Assembly (NCBI RefSeq): GCF_052425735.1
Contig: NC_135763.1
Span: 9,424,001-9,488,000, forward strand
Direction of reading: 5' to 3'
Source of the DNA: Oculina patagonica
Lineage: Eukaryota
DNA: 64,000 nucleotides
Both the position numbers and the translations under genes were made by a program. The notes beneath the pieces were generated by a model. It was not told the origin of the DNA and searched no databases. It saw only the letters and a list, made by a program, of their open reading frames with translations. Within the stretch, counting starts at the first letter, position 1, and each line of letters opens with the position of its first letter. Below are positions 57,514-64,000 of the stretch, piece by piece.

Positions 57514-59405
57514 AATAAATTAGACCTATTAAGTGGCAGATTCTCTTAAAGCGGTCCATCGCATTTCGGGTCTGAAAAAAGTTTTCCCTCAAACTTTGCC
57601 CAGTGAACTATCTTAGGTTGTAAGTAAATGCAACGACTTTAGTTTTTGGAAATACGTTAAAATATATTTTTTAGAGCTCTCAACAGTGAAGGCTGCAAAA
57701 GGCCTAATTTTGAGCTTGGCCAGAACGAGAAATTTCATAAGTTGACGAGCTCGCCGCTCAAAAACAACCAAACGCGCCAAATTATTATTATTATTCCTAA
57801 GTTAAGTGGTCCTTCAAAGGTTGGAAACGCATGTTAATTTTGATACATTTTGATTTACGGGTACGTGAAAATTTAAATATCAGCAACCGTTAGATCGCTT
57901 TTTGTAAACATGCAAAAGTATGGTGTCTTCACCGGCCTTTATTTCACGAGTCCAGACCAGACCATTCTAAATTCCAACTGAATTCTACTAAACAGATGTT
58001 AGGAAGCATAGAAATATAAAAATACCTTGCACTTTTTATCTTCCTTTGCCACAGCGACTTCGAACATTTCGTGCTTATGCGAGTATTTCATACACATTAT
58101 GCAAATGAGCTTACTTACTCCCATAAGCACGAAATTTTCGAAGTCGCTGTGGCAAAGGAAGATAAAAAGTGCAAGGTATTTTTATATTTCTATGCTTCTT
58201 AGCATCTGTTTAGTAGGATTCAGTTGGAATTTAGAATGGTCTGGTCTGGACTCGTGAAATAAAGGCCGGTGAAGACACCATACTTTTGCATGTTTACAAA
58301 AAGCGATCTAACGGTTGCTGATATTTAAATTTTTACGGACCCGTAAATCAAAATGTATCAAAATTAACATGCGTTTACAACCTTTGAAGGACCACTTAAC
58401 TTAGGAATAATAATAATAATTTGGTGCGTTTGGTTGTTTTTGAGCGGCGAGCTCGTCAACTTATGAAATTTCTCGTTCTGGCCAAGCTCAAAATTAGGCC
58501 TTTTGCAGCCTTCACTGTTGAGAGCTCTAAAAAATATATTTTAACGTATTTCCAAAAACTAAAGTCGTTGCATTTACTTACAACCTAAGACAGTTCCCTG
58601 GGCAAAGTTTGAGGGAAAACTTTTTTCCGACCCGAAATGCGATGGACCGCTTTAAGAGAAACTGCCACTTAAAGCGCTCAAGATTTCTACCTAGACATGT
58701 CCTCTTAAAGTTTTATTATAGTATAATTTTGCCATCTGTGAAGTATGGTATTATTTTGTGGGGTTCTTGCACTAATTCTGATCTTGTAAATTCAGTTAAT
58801 AGTCTCCATTGTAGGGCAGCGAGAATTATATTTAATTTACCTAGGCACATGCCTTCAACTGAAGTTTTAACTTATGCCCAGTGGCAGAGCATATCATTAC
58901 ACTATAAAACAGACATCCTAAAGATCTTCCATAAAGGACACAATGATGAGCTGCCAGCACTCCTATCTGAGAGTATCTGCACGAGAAGACGAAATACATA
59001 CTCGCTGCGGGGTAAGCACAGCCTCGTAGTGCCAAGATTCGAAACCAGGTATATGAAAGATTCTCTGGCACATAGAGGCTCCGTTCTGTGGAACATGGTC
59101 AGTTTTAAGGAACACGATTTTACTCAGTTGAGTAAAAAAGACTTGTTTTACCGTATAAGAACAAGAGATTATATAAAAGAATTTAAATTCGACACCATAA
59201 CCGCCTCGAGCGTGCGCCGCAGAGATCGGAATTTTATATATGATTGATTTTTATACTATAGGACTTTTTTATTGTATTTTATATATTTTTAAGTATTTTA
59301 ATTCATTTCTAGCTTATTTTATACACGACCCCACAAGCTACTCAGCTTTAATTTTTTATTGTGTTTAAATAAAGGTTACTACTACTACTACTACTACTAC
59401 TACTA
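57514..59405 (+). mobile_element. 5'-truncated CR1/L2-type LINE with a (TAC)n tail, interrupted by a foldback element
   Basis: Removing 57533-58672 restores NKLDLLKRSRFLPRHVLLKFYYSIILPSVKYG...HCRAARII...YSLRG...RGSVLWN. aataaa plus a (tac)n tail at 59377-59405. Confidence 0.8.
57533..58668. mobile_element. 1.14-kb foldback element with a TTAA TSD (Kolobok/piggyBac-type target)
   Basis: ttaa|GTGGCAG ... CTGCCAC|ttaa. Near-perfect arms of about 550 bp around a loop of about 30 nt at 58086-58115. Confidence 0.9.
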
Positions 59406-59819
59406 CCTTCATGTTGATAACGAAATTTTTTTCTTCTCACGGAAAACGCATAGCTTGCTCGTTCCGCGAAAAAGAGCGAAGTGAAAGTATGACATCACAA
59501 TAAGTGTTTATGACGCGGCGCGCGCGAGATGAGTCAAGAAGACTCGCTCCCGGGTCTTCTCCTTCTTAAGTCTAAGATTTTTTCTTTCTGAAAATTTTTT
59601 GTTAGATTTGAACTATTTGTTCGCACTTAAAGAGTTTTGACTGAAAAGTTGTCTTCACTTTCTTATAAATTTTAAAAACCAAAATGTATGTCGCTTGAAA
59701 CAACTCGACTAAGATTAGGTCAAAAGAAAAAAGAACTGTTATAAGTGTTATCTTAAAGTGTCAAAAATATATATAATTTTTTACCATGTTGGTAGCTTTA
59801 CTTTTAAATTCTCTTTCAG

Positions 59820-60186
59820 GTATCCTCCAGATCCAGGATTCGTCCCTCTCAAAGTGTTCATGTATTTGTTTGCCGCCGGAATGGGGATGCTCGTGGGGAA
59901 GTTCTTCATTCACAGATTTCTTCTGTGTCGCGTTCTGAAGTTGCGCATGTTCTCTGAAGATGGCCAAGGCTCGTGGATGGTGATGTTTCTAACTGTTCTC
60001 ATGTTTCTGTTCATGATTAGCTTCATATACAACGAGTTCTTGCTTCTCGGTGGAGCGCACTTTGCGCCTTATGTGGCCAATAATAACATGGGAATCCAGA
60101 ATAAGACGTTTATGAAGATGGCCACTATTGGTACTTGGTTTGGGGACTATATAACGGCTTGGATGGTGACAGACATGATGCTACAG
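59820..60186 (+). CDS. TMEM117: Internal coding exon of transmembrane protein 117
   Basis: ctctttcag|G TAT CCT...ATG CTA CAG|gtaact. Peptide GKFFIHRFL...LRMFSEDGQGSWMVMF...MGIQNKTFMK.A..GTW.GD..TAWMVTDMMLQ matches the TMEM117 signature from recall. Confidence 0.85.
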
Positions 60187-60700
60187 GTAACTATGGGCAT
60201 GTTGCTAAAAACGCGAGCCACCTTAAAATCAATGCTGTGTCCAAACCAAATATTCTTGGTTTCATGTTACGTCATAAAATTCTGAAATCAAAATTCACTA
60301 GGCCTACTAAATTTTCGTTGTCATTAGACGTAAGATAAGCTAAAAATATATCTTTTTGCAAATTTCCAGATCGATAGTTTCATTCGTTTATTAAACAGAG
60401 CGTTTTGAATATTTGAGTTCTCCGTCGTATGTGACATCAAGCTGAGTGCCGTGACAAAGCTGTTTTGTTTGAAAAAAGGCCTTTCCTTTCCATGTTCAGC
60501 AGATTGAACATTTCAGATATAATAAGTGTGTTGCACTATGTAATTATCACTTGCACATTCATTTGCACCTAAGGATGTATTAATAATTATATGTAATAGC
60601 ACCTTTATTGCACTGTCACGCGCGTATCCTAGTAGTATGTATTTATCCATTCTTCACATATAATAAATTCAGTTTCGTAAATGTTACCGAACGATCAACA

Positions 60701-60714
60701 TGGTGGCAGCGGTG
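60701..60714 (+). promoter_or_regulatory. Primer binding site (tRNA-Leu complementary)
   Basis: TGGTGGCAGCGGTG immediately after the LTR's terminal CA; complementary to a tRNA-Leu 3' end (...CACCGCUGCCACCA). Confidence 0.75.
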
Positions 60715-60769
60715 AAAGTTCTCTAATCTAACAGATCTAGCGGATCTAGCGTTTTTAGGATACAGCGAT

Positions 60770-63700
60770 ATGGCTTTCAATACACCGTTTCCTGCGTTCA
60801 AGACGACAGGCGATGACAAACGCGACTTGGAAACGTATATAGAGGACTTAACAGATTACTGCATAATGCAAAATTGGTTCGATCCGTCGAAAGAATCTGA
60901 CGCAGAGAAATGGACGAAGCCCGACAAGGCAATTGCTTGTCTCCGCGCATCATTATCCCCGGCAGCAAGAACAGTGTATAAATATAGCCTGGGCCTTAGC
61001 GAAGCCAATCTAAAAAAACCTCATTGTGTTGTTGCCGCCCTTAAAGGATATTATGGTGCTAGCATTGGAGTGTCAGGCGAACGACAAAAGTTTCTTCGCT
61101 TGCTGCAAAACGAAAACGAATCAATCGCCTCCTGGGAGACGCGAATACGTAACCAAGCAGCACAGTGTGAATACGAAGACTTCGCTGATGAGCTAATGAG
61201 GGACCAATTTATCGCCGGTTTAACGTCTGATGCTCTTCGAGTGAAACTTATCGGGAAAGGACACAAACACAAAGACACCGCACAAACAAAGGTTAAGTTA
61301 AGAGAAGTTGTCGAAGTTTCCAAAACGTTCGAAGCGACTATGGTTGCGAATCAGCTCATGAAAACTGCCCGGGACACACAGCAGGAACAAGTAAACACAC
61401 AACAGGAACAAGTAAATTTTACGAGCAAATTGACATCTGTTAATCCGAGGCAAGAACAGCAATTTTCACAGTGTTTCTGGTGTGGAGGCAGCCATCAACA
61501 GCCCCGTCAAAGGCACTGCCCAGCCTTTGGCAAAAGATGTGCTAAGTGTGGGATCACTGGCCATTTCGCACGTACCTGTAAAGGTGGATCAAGACGTCGA
61601 CAAGGGCGACAGCAGCAATCAAATTTTGTCGATGATGACAACGGAGAAGAAGCGTTTGTGGCGGATTGCGAGACACCCCCACAGCTTGCAAGGAAATATT
61701 TTGCTCATCTTCACCTCATACAAGGTGGGAAAACAAAAGTAGTGAAAGCACAGATCGACTCGGCATCCACGTGCAACACTATACCTAGCAGTCTACTAAG
61801 CCAGTTGTTTCCTGACGTAAAGATTTCGCGGACCAAAAGCAAGATTAACACATATGGAACTGAAACCATTCGTCCTGAAGGCCAAGTAACGCTGTGTTGT
61901 GACAGAAGGGGCAAGATTCACACCATTGATTTTCTTGTGGTAAACGTGCCTAATCAGAAACCCCCACTTCTCAGCGGAAGAGACGCGCAAGCCCTGGATT
62001 ACTTGAAGGTGTACGCTGATGAAATAAACGCAGTTGAAGAAGAGATTCCGCGCAATACGCAGTCACTTCCACCACTGGGAAAACTGACAAAGGAAGACGT
62101 GTTACACAACTACTCAAACGTATTTAGGCCGGGTCGCGGAAATCCACTTGGAACCCCTTTGCACATCGATCTTGATCTTAATGTTACTCCAGTGCACGCC
62201 TCAACGCGTCGAGTTCCCGTGGCCAAGTTGGACAGAGTAAATGACGAGTTAAAGAGACTTTGTGATGAAGGCATCATAAAGCCGGTCGCACAGCCTACAG
62301 ACTGGCTCTCAAACATCCTGGTGAAAGAGAAACCGAACGGCAAACTTCGCATATGCATTGATCCTAGTCAAAAGATAAACAAGGCCATCAGAAGACCCAA
62401 GTTCACAATTCCGACTATTGAAGAAAAGCTTCCACAATTGACTAAGGCCAAAGTGTTTACCATTGTCGATGTATCCGAAGCTTTTCACACCATTGTGATG
62501 GATGAAGAGTCTTCCCTACTCACTACGTTTCAGGGACCAAACGGTCGCTACTGCTACACCCGCATGCCATTTGGGATCGCCTCAGGACCGGAGGAATACC
62601 AACGGCGCCAACATGAATTCTTAGACGGTTTAGACGGGGTAATAAACATTGCCGATGACATCTTGTGTTTGGATGCGGAGATTCAAAAGAGGAAGCTGAC
62701 ATCGATCACGACAAAAATCTCATGAGCCTGTTAGGAAAGTGCAGCAGCCATAACCTGCGACTCTCGGCGAAAAAATTGCAGTTTAAATCTCCCTCTGTTA
62801 CCTTCATGGGGCACAAGCTTACCGACAAAGGCGTAGAGCCCGATCCAGCCAAAGTAGCAGCAATCACAGAGATGCCAACGCCCACTGACAAATCTGGGGT
62901 GCAGCGTTTTCTCGGCATGTGCCAATACTTAAGCAAGTTCTGCCATAATTTGTCAGAAACAGTTCTTCCATTGAGGGACTTGACCAAGCAGGATGTTTCA
63001 TTCCTATGGTCAAACAATCATGAAAATGCATTTAACTCGGCAAAGAACCTCATTGCTTCAGCAACTGTATTACGCTACTACGACGCAAACCTTCCCGTCA
63101 CGCTACAAGTGGATGCATCTGAAGATGCGATCGGTGGCGTATTGCTGCAAAATGATCAACCTGTTTGCTTTACATCACATACCCTCAACAGTACGGAGAA
63201 GAACTATGCTCAAATTGAGAAAGAGTGCCTTGCAATCGTCTCTTGCATGGATAAGTGGCACCAGTACTTATACGGGAAACGCGACATAACGGTACATACA
63301 GATCACCAGCCGCTCGAGACGATTTTCAAGAAGCCTCTTAGCAAAGCTCCTCGCAGACTGCAAAGAATGATGCTGAAGTTACAGAGATATCAGTTCACTG
63401 TCCGATACAAGAAAGGAAAGGAACTTTACATTGCGGACACTTTGTCTCGCGCACCTGTCACTGATCAGCCCACCTCCACTGACAAGCAAGAATGCGAAGT
63501 GTTCCGTCTGAAAATGGCTGAGATGGAATTTGAACCAAATCAAGTTACACCCGACACTCTGCAACGAATAAGACAAGAAACTGCCAAAGACCCAGTGCTA
63601 GCAGCTCTACATACGGTGATAGTGAATGGATGGCCTTCAGAAAGAAAGGAAGCCCCAGAGCAACTAAGGCTGTATTGGAACTTCAGAGATGAAATTTCAG

Positions 63701-64000
63701 TTTATGATGGTGTCCTCTACAGGTCCCATCAAGTTATTGTCCCAGCCACTCTACGAGACGAGATGTTACAGAAAATACACAAGGCGCACCAGGGAGCCGA
63801 CAGCAGCATAAGACGAGCACGCGAGTCTCTGTTCTGGCCAGGAATGCAAGCTGCAATCAGGGAGAAATGCTTATCATGTGGACTTTGTGCCCAGTACCTA
63901 AGCGAGCGACCGCGAGAACCAATGCAATCCCATGAGATACCCACCAGACCGTGGTCCAAAATAAGTGCCGACCTATTTCAGCTGGACGGAAACAACTACC
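60770..64000 (+). pseudogene. Gypsy gag-pol with a single frameshift just after the RT IADD motif (about 62665)
   Basis: Zn knuckle CAKCGITGHFARTC; protease IDSAS; RT LRICIDP...RMPFG...IADD. After a 1-nt shift the frame stays open to the window end: RNase H (VDASEDAIG, YAQIEKE, TDHQPL) and integrase HHCC (IHKAHQG...CLSCGLC). Confidence 0.85.

Larger units (their letters stand above)
60529..64000 (+). mobile_element. Ty3/Gypsy LTR retrotransposon, 5' part (continues beyond the window)
   Basis: LTR TGTTG...CAACA at 60529-60700, followed by a PBS and gag-PR-RT-RH-INT order. Confidence 0.92.

Noticed and set aside
58609-59247. 212-aa ORF as a host gene
   Set aside because: A chimera of foldback TIR sequence and a LINE ORF2 C-terminus.
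62650-62680. Programmed ribosomal frameshift in pol
   Set aside because: The break is inside RT, not at the gag-pol boundary, and there is no slippery heptamer; a mutation or sequencing error is more likely.

Overview
Eukaryotic, AT-rich, repeat-dense genomic window. The gene and repeat content looks cnidarian, probably a stony coral; this is inferred, not proven. (1) A cluster of six single-coding-exon class A (rhodopsin-like) GPCR paralogs. Three lie on the minus strand (397-1464, pseudogene 2865-3607, 12168-13223) and diverge from three on the plus strand (18017-19120, 26070-27173, divergent 32765-33775). They have an unusual charged TM core (E3.32 or K3.32, H3.43, E7.46). (2) A nearly intact two-gene ISL2EU (PIF/Harbinger-related) DNA transposon at 4824-9455. 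It encodes a THAP-HTH-DDE transposase and a spliced SAP-like/SWIM/YqaJ exonuclease, convergent between 91-bp TIRs. (3) A six-exon minus-strand gene for a secreted PAN/apple-EGF-olfactomedin protein (39682-51766) with one in-frame TAA, plus a decayed paralogous olfactomedin exon on the other strand. (4) One internal TMEM117 exon (59820-60186); its upstream exon was not found in the window. (5) The 5' part of a Gypsy LTR retrotransposon from 60529 to the window end. (6) Many nested MITEs and fragments of Penelope-like elements (two with minimal hammerhead ribozyme motifs), LINEs, a SINE, Crypton- and Kolobok-like elements. There is also an 8/6-kb tandem duplication whose paralogous empty sites reveal TSDs directly, and a 156-N assembly gap.
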